From contig JBDOQK010000035.1 of the NCBI GenBank assembly GCA_040437565.1, positions 62,001 through 126,000 of the forward strand: a stretch of DNA of 64,000 nucleotides. The letters are read 5' to 3'. This DNA comes from Albugo candida (lineage: Eukaryota). This document shows positions 35,261 to 47,599 of the stretch, in pieces. The stretch's first letter is position 1; each line of letters starts with the position of its first letter. The position numbers were made by a program, and so were the translations under genes. The notes beneath the pieces were generated by a model, which saw only the letters and a list, made by a program, of their open reading frames with translations, did no database searches and had not been told where the DNA came from.

Positions 35261-38200
35261 CCGCATGAGCCTCAGTTTCACAATTTGGTTCTCTTTGACC
35301 TGTTTATTATGATATTGGTAGTGATGACTACCATCGTTCTCAATGCAACTAAATAGAGAACTGTCATCAATCGCTGTATGTGATAATATAGCTCTGAAAG
35401 TAAGCTAGAAGATGCAACAATGAAGTCGATTATCACGCGCGGTCGGCGCTTCATGGAAATCACTAAACATTTTTTTCGACGAAATGTAATGGGATAGTTG
35501 CAAAATACGAGAGCTTTTACAACAAGTGGAGAGATTCATGATCGACCCCTTGGCGATTAAAAATAGATTTTGAACACGCCACACGAATACAAACACACGG
35601 AATTTGCACGGTGACACCAAGAGAATGAAGATCGATTTTGATGAGGCTTTGAACTCAGCCGACGTCTTGTAATCATTTACAATGTTTGGCTTGAAGATAC
35701 AATCTACAGCATGTAAGATATGCACACCAGCACTTTTACAGAAGAGAATAGATGACATATTGGATGCACTTGTATACTCTAGCAACCAACATGATGACAG
35801 CAGTGGTTACTTACAATTGAATTCCGTGAGCTGTATGTCATTTGCCACCTCATGCAAGCTGCATTCATTCCGAGAACCTTACTGTAAATGAGTTGAACAT
35901 GTTTTCATCTGTGGCACTGATACTATATCTTCCGCAAAGTCGACTTTTCTACAATTCTCATCAAGTCGTGAGAGGATGACGTCTGAACTGGAGGCTTTGT
36001 ATCTTTCAAGACTACCAAATCGAGTCACTTAGAAGCACCTGATATACGCGTGATCGATGAAGGAAGACCGAACCGATCGTGAGACAACACACGCCTGTTG
36101 GTATTGCATAAACGGTGGTGGTGAAAAATCAATCAGCTTCATGACAATGACTACCGTAATGACCGAATCGCATGTAAACGTATCAAATCTCTTGATGGGC
36201 TAACAATCGATGTGCGCCGGCTGCGGCTGAAAGAGGACGCTTGCGGATCGAATGAGGTTTCTAGCACATGCTCAGGAACACTTTGGTCAATCAAATCGTC
36301 TCTTCGCCAGACGTTGTGCTCATGCTCGAGTTGCGACGCTGTTAGCTTCCAGAATCGATTTATCTGAAGCCATTATGTCGATTTGACAAGTTAGAGTTGA
36401 GCTTTTTAAAAAAGCACGTGCTTTAGCAGCGGAAGAATTTGCGCGCTTAATCGCCAAGTCATTTCCAGCATGCAAAAACACGATAATCAGCTGATTCGAG
36501 ACGACAACAACAGAGGAAATGTTCGACAGTCGCAGGAAAGTTTCACTAAGCGGAGAATTCGCAGAGAACATAAATACAGTATTGCTTCAAGAATGCTTGT
36601 ATTAACTCTAAGCACTAAATGGAAAAATGGTACATTGATGTCACCGGTTCGAAAATGTCGCTGATATGGCATTTGTTAGTGCTAAAGCAATTACCGAAGC
36701 ATCGGGTTGGGAGTTTCCGAATGTCCTTTAGGGAAACGAGGGAGACGAGGTGGACCAGTACCAAAAGAAGCTTGTGGTTCAGGGATAACCTTGGAACAAG
36801 TATGACCGTCATCAGGGTTACAATTAACCGGAGGACTTTCAGGATCAGCTGCTACGCCATTCAGCTTAATTGCGCTCATACGGGTAATGAGGATGATTAC
36901 GCCGAAGAGATAGACAGAAACCATAGTGGATGACTTGGACTTGACTGAACTTCCTACTCAAGCTGATAAGAAGAGTTTTGAGGATTCTGGTCTAGTATAA
37001 TGCTTGTCAGATGGTGATTACCAGTTGCTCTATAACACCGCATACAAAACTTCGCATGATCGAATAAATCTGTATACAGTTTACTGAGGCCCCCGACCAA
37101 TCTCATCTCTTTCCCTGGCGTGCCTGCTACTTCTTGTCGCTTTTCTTTCCCGGCGCAAAAAAGCCACAATCACTCGCCAATTCCATCTCCAATGCTACAG
37201 CCGGATGGAGAATTATGTGGCTTTAAAGTAGCCTCACCAAGTAATGGTTGCAAAAGCGATATCCCTACGGCCAATGAAGGAAGCGTTTTGTTGCATGCTA
37301 GCGAGAGTCTATGCATATGAACGTTGTTCCACTCGAGTAAAGCCTTTTCGCTCGCCGTCCCGAGCTCTGTATAAGCGGGTCATACACCCTTTTTAGATCA
37401 TGAATTTGGAATACGAGAACGATATTTAATAATAGAGATAATGCAAGCGTTTGTAGGCTCTATACCACTGCAACAAAGATCATCCGAAATATTGACCACG
37501 TGCCTATGCGAACTTGAAATCTTGGAATTTCTCACTTCTCGTCCTTCCAAATTCTGTAAATGATTGACAGCAATGCCTTGACAGGCTGCTTCATCCGTCT
37601 TAATACGTAGCTACTCGTAAGACGGAGAAAAGCACACATATACGAGATGGACGAAAGGTTGCGGTATTCGCTATAGCGACGGCAAGCAAAGTCGGAGTAG
37701 TTCTCAATGCATAGGATAGACGTGGTTAGTGTGGCTTGCGTGAAGAGTTGTCGTCGAAGCTCGTGATTTCATAGAATATGATGACCTCGGCGATCAGGAC
37801 GATGAATGCATCATTCCATCTCCGCCAGCTCGATTGCTGATAAGTGTGGCCCTGAAGTAGTCGTCTTTCCTGATCATATAGCACATTCATCGGTAGCTTT
37901 CCTGTAACGTATCGAGCAGCGCTGTCCTGAGAGCTCCGTATTATGTCAGTTGCACTAGATACTACAACCCAACCTAAGAAAGAAAATCAGCCATAGAAGT
38001 GAATATATTAGTAATTCAAAAGAGGTAGCACTAAGTGACTGTAGCCGCTCTTGCAACATGTACTTTGCAGTTTCCAACTTTTAGAGTTTTGCATGCCTTA
38101 TTATCGTTTCATTGTTTTATTACCTTCCTTCTTTGCATTCAATGTACTTTACTGTAGCTTTTCATCAGTAACATAGCCATTCAGCCTATGCTACAATACT

Positions 38201-39149
38201 GACTTGCAAGCTAATAACACCTTTGTCAAATCGACCATCGCTTACAGCATCAGTTTCGATAGTAATGTGGTGGCGTCACTTGTGCTAATCACTCAATAGG
38301 CTCGTTACTGTGCGTGGGCTATTGCGAGCTTCCTGCCANNNNNNNNNNNNNNNNNNNNNNNNNNNNNNNNNNNNNNNNNNNNNNNNNNNNNNNNNNNNNN
38401 NNNNNNNNNNNNNNNNNNNNNNNNNNNNNNNNNNNNNNTGAAACGATAATAAGGCATGCAAAACTCTAAAAGTTGGAAACTGCAAAGTACATGTTGCAAG
38501 AGCGGCTACATGTACTTTGCAGTTTCCAACTTTTAGAGTTTTGCATGCCTTATTATCGTTTCATTGTTTTATTACCTTCCTTCTTTGCATTCAATGTACT
38601 TTACTGTAGCTTTTCATCAGTAACATAGCCATTCAGCCTATGCTACAATACTGACTTGCAAGCTAATAACACCTTTGTCAAATCGACCATCGCTTACAGC
38701 ATCAGTTTCGATAGTAATGTGGTGGCGTCACTTGTGCTAATCACTCAATAGGCTCGTTACTGTGCGTGGGCTATTGCGAGCTTCCTGCCACACGACTCAA
38801 CGACACGAAGAAAAGGACTTGATCGATTTCATACAATAGTGATAGTTCGTTTATAGCACTGCGCCATCACTGGACGACTAAATCTGACATACTTCAATTC
38901 GAATCATCAGATACTCAATTATGTTCAGCATGAAAACAAAAACAGAATCCTCCACTTTCACGAATATTCTTTTCCGTCATGAACTCCACCTTGTTTCACT
39001 GTCACCGCATGTCCGTAGAAGAAACCCTTTCGTGACCTGCACACACACCGAGTCGACACCACATCAAAATCAGTTGGCAGATAAAAATACTGGCACAGGA
39101 AGCGAGATCGGCAACGCAGTTGGAGAAAGAGAATCGAACGAGACTCCAT

Positions 39150-41520
39150 ACAGACAATGAAGTACAGCTACAGAAACGCTGATATCGTTCCTCATTGAAC
39201 AAGTATTTTTTGGAAACATCCTCTATCATCTTTGAATGGATTAATGCCGATACATATGGCCGAACAACCTTCTACAAACAGAAGTGAAATCGAGGATCTA
39301 CTCTAAGAAAGCAAGTCAACTTGCTCCAGTTATTCGCTGTGGCAGCAACTGGTAACACTGCATTATTGCAGGCTCACGGATTCATGCCGTTTTTCTATAT
39401 CGCCTATCCCGACAAGTTCGATACCAGCATTGTGGTCAAGCGCATCAAGTACTTGACAAAGCACTGAATTTGACTCTGAAGTCTGGCTCGCCTTCAATGA
39501 TTGGGCCTATTTGCAAGCTGACATCCATGTGTGGCTTCCTTTTCACGTCATAATGACCCTACGAGAGCTTTTATTTCAGTGTGGCATTATCCGCTTTGAC
39601 GTACCAAGTTTACTTGAAAATGGTTTCTTTCCTCGGTTTGATTTATTGGGCAATTGCATGTAAGATTGGCTACTATTGTGTCTATCACATGTACGCTTCG
39701 TCCCATCAGATATATGAAAGAAACATGCTAGTATCGCGCATCAAAGTGGTCTTAAGGCAGACACGCTGTTCCGGTGTATGGGAAGAAGAGGTCATATTTC
39801 AGTAGAGCACTTAAGTCTGAAGTGGAAGATATGCGAACTGATGCTTAGGTTTTGTCCGGAATCCAATCATTCAGATTGCATATATAATGCGCGAGGAGGG
39901 GTCCTCGACGCCTCTTTTACACAATGGGTATGTACTGTACTCGGGACTTGCCAGGCTATCATCGGTACCACTATCTTGGCATTTTTCCGAGAGAAGCACA
40001 GGCTGGAAGGCTGGGTAGCTTTTCTTCGATTGGTATAGCCAGCCAGATAACATCACAGAATAGAACGTCGACAATCTCGACAGTCCAATAAATTTAAAGT
40101 GAAGGAAAACATTGAACAAGAGAGAACTCGATTGCCCTGGACGTCAGCTTTGCAAGTAAGTACCGGTATAATAAATATTTATGGATGCTCTTCGCGTCAC
40201 AGACCAAGCAAGATGAGCGTATATGGAAAGATGACCTATAGCTCGACGCAGACAGAAGGTCTTCCACCGCTTGTTCAGCGGTAAAATCGAAATCGTAAAA
40301 TTCCCAATGCACGGCCAATGTGCATTCGATCTTTATGCTATCATGCGACGCTTTTTCAGATGAGTTCATACTCAGTGACTATGGAAAATACCTATTGAAA
40401 GATTCTACTCTTCCTCTACAGCTTTTGCATCGTTGGTCACTATTGGTCAATTATATTGCAATGGCTCGTAATTTTTGGTGTTTTAGTTGCTAAGACGCAG
40501 ACAGCTGATCAAAGTATACTTAATGCTAATACGGAAGTGTAAAAATGGCCAATTTTGTGGTTCCAATGTTACAAACTCAAATCTCATTATCGATGATGCT
40601 GACTACGAAGGTGGACCGTGATCGAATTCATCGAAGCGTGATGTCTAATACTCGACTATCGTTTAACTTCGATAAGCTGGATCATCTACATTATCAAAGG
40701 TCTCCTTCTGGAGATGTGTTTGTAAATGCGAAAATTCGAAAAGAGATACTTCCAATGATAGTGGAAGAACTTTCGGCTGCTCGAAAGCAAGCCAAATACG
40801 TCACGAGTCGAGCAGCAGATCCGATGATAAAAGCAGTGCAAGACGGTCGACAATTAGCTCTTGAAATCAGCGTGAATTCTGTTATGGATTTACTGGATCG
40901 TTGCTGTTCAGCTTCCTTGCATTCGAATTGCTTCCAGCTGAACAGTTTATGAACGTCAGTCTCGTGCAACACGTGAAGATGTGTTTAAGTTTGAGTCGCT
41001 AAGAAGATAACTCAGGGATTTCTTCTATCTTCCATCGACTAAGTGTGGGAAAGGTTTTTTCCGATACTGCCTGACGAAGAAAAGCGATACGCAACTTTAC
41101 ACGAATGCATGCAACTNNNNNNNNNNNNNNNNNNNNNNNNNNNNNNNNNNNNNNNNNNNNNNNNNNNNNNNNNNNNNNNNNNNNNNNNNNNNNNNNNNNN
41201 NNNNNNNNNNNNNNNNCAGCTGAACAGTTTATGAACGTCAGTCTCGTGCAACACGTGAAGATGTGTTTAAGTTTGAGTCGCTAAGAAGATAACTCAGGGA
41301 TTTCTTCTATCTTCCATCGACTAAGTGTGGGAAAGGTTTTTTCCGATACTGCCTGACGAAGAAAAGCGATACGCAACTTTACACGAATGCATGCAACTAT
41401 GACAAAGTTGACTCCAAAGACCAGGAGACTTCACGTCGCGACGATACGTGGAAACATTGGAATAGTCGCAGCTTCTTCATCGGCTAGTCTCGAATATTAC
41501 TGAATCGTTTCGTGTTGACA
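39150..41520 (+). pseudogene. POLD1: Degraded DNA polymerase delta catalytic subunit pseudogene
   Basis: Collinear frameshifted remnants: GNTALLQAHGFMPFFY (~39350), LKDSTLPLQLL..NYIAMAR (~40395), DYEGG/VIE (~40600), SPSGDVFVNAKIRKEILPMIVEELSAARKQAK..QDGRQLALEISVNSV (region III), EKRYATL (cf. KKRYAGL) and YDKVDSKDQETSRRDD (cf. DKMDxKGLETVRRDN). Confidence 0.85.
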
Positions 41521-42339
41521 AAGTATTTCGCTGAATCTTTCAGCGCCACCTTTGGGATGTAGACTGGAGTCTTTATTTTATTTTATTCTATCGATGTTCG
41601 AAATGATCAACACAACTGTCGTATTTATTTGGTGCTTTTCTGAGAACGGTGAGGAACGTCTAAAAGCAGTTGCGCCCATCAAGTCAAGTCGCATACGCCG
41701 TTCAATCGACGCTGCTAATGCATTTGGGGACGCCCAAGTTTCGTTCAGCTATTGGATCACTCACTCAGTTGTCCCATTCCTTCTTTGGCAAGCTCCAAGC
41801 TCGAATCGAATTAGCCGCTCCTTCAAGTATCGAGTTTCTCATGATGTGTATTTGTGTGCGTTAAGATGGAAACGCTATAACATAGCCTCATTTGGATTTG
41901 TCTATCGAGTGCTGCATACGGTACTTTGTTAGCTCTCGGCAGTATTTCCGAAAAGAAGCATTATGTATAGCAGCTATCCAAGTGTCGGAGTAGTTCCATT
42001 CGGCCAGAGTGATCAGAGCTAATTCTCACTGCACCGCTTGTTTTCTGGTGGTTTGATGGCTTGCTCGCGTATGCTTTTTTACCTTCGGCGAATCTGGTGC
42101 TATATGGGGCGCTAGCCCGTATTGGCCATACCTTTCTGTTTCTGTTCAAGCTTATTGTTTGTGTCACAACTTGTTTGGCCTTTCAGCTGTATCTTGATAC
42201 AACTGGATCGATCTCGCACGACTCGGCTGATACTTTGTGTTCGTAGGACAAGTCACTTATTCTACCTTTGGCTGTTACCATTATTTTCTCAGTCAGCAGT
42301 CTCAATTAGAAGGATGACCCGATACATGTTGATCCCTTG

Positions 42340-43637
42340 ACTAATTCTTCCTTGCAGATGAGATGAACGACAAGATGTTCTTGGGTGATGTTGATGGTGT
42401 GGAAAAAGACGCATAGCAAAGTGAAAAGATCACGACGACATGCCAGATCGATAACCGGCTGAATAAACGTGTGATTGAGGAACTCCGCAAGGTGTGTACG
42501 GTAAGCATATCAAAGACAAAATAACAGCAAGCGACAGAGAATATCGCGCTGATTGCTGTATGATCAATTCCGCCATCATAATGCCTCAAACTAGTGCCTT
42601 TACAACGTTCGGCGAAAAGTGTCATCATAAGGCCTTCTCCGAACCATATATCACAATGATTGGCCCAAGAAACCGTTCTTGCACTGCATTCTGCCCGTAG
42701 TGTCTCTTCTTCTTCGCATTCTTTTCTTCCTTATCTAAATATGCGACAGCGCTTAATACTTTCCTGCTTAGTATAGGCGCTGTTCAGGTTCCGTATTCTG
42801 GTCCTCTTTGATAGTCTTGCCTTCGATAAAGCGAAATGGACTGTCCTTGCTGTGGAGAAATCGTAACAAGCAGGCGATTTAGCTCGCACCTTCTTCTTCC
42901 ACCTCTAAGTGATTGAGATATTTCTCACAATGCGAAATAGATTCATGTTTGATAGTTATCGATAGAATTGTTGTATCTTGAGAATCGGTCGTGCTTTCCT
43001 GAGAAATCCAAATATGTCTGGCAGATCGGAAGTATCTCAGCCGAACCAGTGAAATATCTTTAACTCCCTGCGCCTCTAAGTCACCTCATTTTATAAGTGG
43101 ATCACATGGATTGATCAAAGCTACACGTGATCACAGCTCGACGATAGGCATGTAGTTTATACAAAAAGTCGATTTGAACTATTTTGTTCGAAACGGAAGC
43201 GTTTCTAGGACTTTTCTGTAAGAATGATAAAGAATTGTGATGACAAGTATTTCTCATGCTGCAATCACCCATTCCATGCAGGATAGTGTTTTCACATAGG
43301 CTGTCTGTGAACATATCCCAATAGAACGTATCTCCAGGTAACATATGAAAAGATTCGAAAGGCCTCAACAATTAAAAGTGACGTGGATTAGAATAGTAAT
43401 GAGGGTGACGATTGCTTAATTCGGAGAAAGGTCGTGATATTGACCAACAGGGCTAAACTCGCATGAATGCTGCATAAAATGTAGCTCAAAAGTAGAATTA
43501 TGGTCAAGTGCAACCACATCACTACATCCCCACCTTCTTGTGATAGCATACAGGCACAAAGAGCTGCAAGCTAAAGGCACGGCAACGAGAAACAGAAGGA
43601 TTGCAGAAAGTGACACTCGGAAGCTGTGTGAATGCAT
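42340..43637 (-). pseudogene. Degenerate secreted-protein (effector-like) gene, copy A
   Basis: Signal-peptide-like MHSHSFRVSLSAILLFLVAVPLA followed by stops and frameshifts; homologous to 48665-49126, 49570-49915 and 56360-58021. The 3' end is approximate. Confidence 0.55.
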
Positions 43638-44514
43638 TCTCTTCAGCTTAAGTGCTCATACTTGCTCCTATTTTCACTTCAAATCAATTAGCATACAAAT
43701 CAAGATTGGTACGAATTTACCGCTGTGGTTTTGTGGAAGAAGCTAATAGTTTTGAATGGATGGAACAAAGGCTTTGAGTCTAGTCAGAAGCTTAGACGAC
43801 AATATAACCTTGGACACTGTCCCAGCTGTGAGGATGCAATAAGATGACTCTTATGATTTTGAACGCCGCCTAAGTTTACAATGGATTGCGTACGCTAAAA
43901 AGCCACAATATTGTGCACGAATAATCCGATCATTTCATCGAAAATGTACCATAATAAGGCCCGTTCCAAAAAGGTAGCGGGAAGGTCTGCGTTCAACTAG
44001 GGGCGGATCGACGCAACTTTTGTGGTTTACATATATTAAAAATACAACTGGGATTTAGAAGGCTCACTATGTCCCACTTCGGGAAAATCGCACTATTCTC
44101 CCATTACACAGAAGTAATATCTGCTTTTGTATGTAGAACATTCTAGAAGTAGTTTAGTGCCACATTAGCTACCCTTCGATATTACTCAGAGCTCCAATGG
44201 TGGTCTCCACTACGGTGATTTCGATATGCAATAGCTGACGACTTAAACAGTCGGCAACGATGCCACGAGCTGATGCACACGCTATCGCGCATCTTGCTAT
44301 TCCCCATCATGCATACGGAACGATCGCGACTGAGTTTCTGCAAATCAACGTTCTCCGTGTGTATCCCTTGCCCTTGATATACTGCTCTTACGCTTGGCAG
44401 ATAACTTCACGGATTTTTAAAAAGTCAGCTGCCAAAAAGCTGATATCCCACTTTCCAGATGAGACATTTGAAGCATGATCACACCGTACACTTTCTGAAG
44501 CAACCAAATTTGTG

Positions 44515-44532
44515 GTCACTTGCAAACTTACC
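44515..44532 (+). promoter_or_regulatory. Oomycete INR+FPR-like core promoter
   Basis: GTCACTTGCAAACTTACC lies 9 nt upstream of ATG 44542, and the identical 18-mer occurs at 62759-62776 upstream of the paralog ATG 62782. Confidence 0.6.
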
Positions 44533-44541
44533 AACCAAATC

Positions 44542-45721
44542 ATGAAGACCGCTATTATGCCCTTTTGCGCATTATCTTTTTCGCAGATACTCCAGCATTC
44601 ATGCGCCCAGATGGAAACCTTCATTACGCGTGTAATTGAAAACGAATCTAGTTTTGGAAATAGCGTGGTTGCAGTTTTTGCTCAAGAAAAAGACGGGAGA
44701 AATACATGGAAATTCGAGCTATCTCCTGCAACCACGCTATTTCTATAACTAGATTCGTTTTCAATTATACGCGTAATGAAGGTTTCCATCTGGGCGCATG
44801 AATACTGGAGTATCTGCGAAAAAGATAATGCGCAAAAGGGCATAACAGAAATTCGAGCTATCTCGGATTGTGGATTCGACAACAGAAAATCACGATTTTG
44901 ATATCAAAGCTCTAGAGCGCGATCCGGATGGTGGACCCAATTTGAGCTCGTTTTCGTTAGATGATTTACTTTGCTGCATCGACTACATTGCATCCATATT
45001 CCATAAGTCATACGATACACAATCAGAGTGTATCCACCCCTCGTCTTCTTTAAATGATTGCCACAAGTTGGTGCTTTCTGCTCCTCTCATCAATGGAATT
45101 TTGGATTCAAAACGTCATCCGAATCTGATAGTCTCCTTGATGCCCCGTATCAGCATGTGTACGAGATGTCACAAAAAAGAGTGGAATTCAGCAGTTCCGG
45201 ATACTGCGGAACTCTTCCATCCGGATAGTGTTTTGATTGGGCCCTTTACTGCTGATATCTCGCTAGGGAACAGCGAACTTGATGTTCAAATGTTTCTCAC
45301 GAGTGAAGAGAAGGTATCTTTTGATTTTGGACTCTTGATAAGTGAGGTTCCGCGTTCTGTATATGATCAAATCAGCAATGTGCAACTCATCCTGGATAAC
45401 AGCGGTGACCCATTCAATTGCGAACTAAGTGAAGATGATAAATGGCCAACCATATCGATCAACTTTCTTCCATCTAAGAAGAAACCTAAGCAGATCTTTT
45501 TATTTACAAAGGAGGAATATATTGTAAGAATACCCAGACGCAAAAATGCGAAACAAATGTGCACCTTGGCCTTGAAAAGCAGCTTGGTAGAGCATTCCTG
45601 GGTCATAGGTGCGACATTTGCCAAGCGTTATAAAGTCGATTTCATGGAAGTAGCCGGTGAGTACGGAGCCGGTCAGTATAGGCTCCAACTCACCGAAGCC
45701 AATCCTCCATCGAATAGGTGA
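44542..45721 (+). pseudogene. Secreted pepsin-fold (aspartic protease-like, non-catalytic) gene interrupted by an inverted self-duplication
   Basis: Signal peptide MKTAIMPFCALSFSQILQHSCA; C-lobe motifs FDFGLL..VP, FNCE..WPTISINF, FTKEEYI, CTLAL and WVIGATFAKRYKVDF. Removing 44726-44864 fuses 44542-44725 in frame to 44865-45721 (346 aa). Confidence 0.75.
44555..44845. repeat. 120-bp inverted repeat (arms 44555-44674 and 44726-44845, 51-nt loop, ~4 mismatches) with 17-bp direct repeat GAAATTCGAGCTATCTC at 44709-44725 and 44848-44864
   Basis: Read directly from the sequence. The ORF track shows the same peptide (MPFCALSFSQILQ..ENESS) on both strands. Confidence 0.95.
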
Positions 45722-45849
45722 AACAGGTACTTTTTTGTTGCAAAAAGGTTAAATAAGTAATTCTTTTTTATACATTTGTTTTCTTTGATGCCTTCTTCTA
45801 CTGTTACTGTATAATACTCGTACGGATATGATAAACCACCTAGTATCCT

Positions 45850-46487
45850 TCAAAGTCTAGTAATGATAGCCAAGGTGCGCCCAACATTTTTCTCGATTCC
45901 TGGTAGCTTGGGTGAAATTTCCTTTCGAAAATGAAGTGAATGGTACCCACTTGCCAATCCAATTGAGCAGTCTGCTATTTTGCAAGATGATTGAAGGCAA
46001 GAGCCGGAGTTTCTTCGTAATGACTTGGCGATACTCGGTCCGACCAAAGACGATAGATATCATGATCATTATGCAATTGGACAAAAACCAGAACTGTGTT
46101 CAACATACCAGCTTTGTCAAAAACTTTGCCGCACTGGTCTCTGTATGTGATTCATGTAGTACAGCAAGTTGTACTTGTTACAATGCCATCAACTACTACA
46201 TCCGATTTCTAGGTCTATATGGGAGTAACATTCGGAAGATCTTGGTCAAAGTAGTAGTTTCATTCTGGTGCTTTGGCTTCAATAGATCGGTAAAAACTAC
46301 TGCAACATCCCATTTTTTTATGATACCATTGGTCTGAGAGCTTTTTGACTCTACATTTTCCATTCTAGCTCAGCGGACCACTGTATCTGCGTCTAAGGCA
46401 GTAATTAAGGCTCCTACGTACACACGACACCAACCTTGTCATTGACACAGACGCTAGTATCACTACCACAGTGATGATGAGATGCAT
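45850..46487 (-). pseudogene. Possible degraded secreted-protein gene convergent with the pepsin-like gene
   Basis: Signal-peptide-like MHLIITVVVILASVSMT followed by early stops; its 3' part resembles 63925-64000. Confidence 0.35.
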
Positions 46488-47599
46488 ATTAACTTCCTGC
46501 TTTACCAATTTCACTCCACTCCTTTCCTTCAGTACCATGGTCTGAACGAACTCGTTATGCAATCGCGCTCGAAAACGCGAAATGATTCGCTATTTTTCTT
46601 CTCCTTGTCTCTATGCTTTTGTTCTTCGTCAATTACGTCACAAATACGTGCCGATTCGGATGTAATTACATTGGCAAACTCGAATCATAAATGCTAGATT
46701 TTGAGAGTACAGCAATCAATGTAATGGTCAGTTATTGGACACGTCGCATGACAAGTGAAGGTTCGGGAAAATTTTGAGGAAATATCTGAAGCTGCAACAT
46801 TTAGTACCGACAGGAGTTTAACTAAGTAAGTGTTCCAAAATGAGGATAAAACCGCTTCACGGTTTAAGGCTGATTACAATCAGTGTGCAAGGATATTTGC
46901 AGATAAATTGATCTGTGCACATGTTCTCATAGGTAGAAGATGACGTACACAGACTATAATTCGGAGCTATAAGATTCAAGCTTTATAAGGGATAGAAAAG
47001 AAACTTGAAGCGAGCTCTTTGTAGTCTATAGTGCATTTGTGGAATGCATTCTTCAAACGGAGATTATAAAACAATGTTGATAGAGAAGTCTTGCCATTTC
47101 GAAGGTTTTTCTAGCTTTATCGATATAGCACTCGTTTCATCTCTGATGTCTGTAGGAAGTATTAGGACACGGCCAACTTCAAAGAACATGCCAAAGCATA
47201 TTTTTACACAAATCCTATCCATGCTCTTGATTCCCTCATTATGTAAACCCATTTTAAAAACACCGTAGTCTTCTGTGTATGGCCAGTGTGCCGAATCGCA
47301 CGAAACGATGATAATGTTTCAAATATCCTCTGGATGTCATCGGAGGACGCTTCGAAGCTGGGTTCTGCGTGTACGACATGACTGCGTTATCTACTAAGAA
47401 CATGTGAGATATTATAATACCAAATCTCTTCGCGAAAAATGGTACATGCGAACAGTATTTTAGAGGCCACATGAAATGGATGGACTTAACAGTGCATCTC
47501 AACGGTCCATGGAAGAAGGTGAATAATCCATCAGACAACACAAGCATTTAGTCGATAGAAACTATCATAGTTTCTAAAGAGGAAGAAGCATCATGATTA

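Noticed and set aside
36200-37950. Fragmentary ORFs that may be retroelement gag or gene remnants
   Set aside because: No diagnostic motif could be recognised with confidence.
38040-38790. Perfect fold-back (38439-38510 inverted relative to 38040-38111) plus direct duplicate
   Set aside because: It starts at a contig end next to Ns and has no mismatches, which fits a chimeric read end. The 44.6-kb hairpin differs in being internal and diverged.
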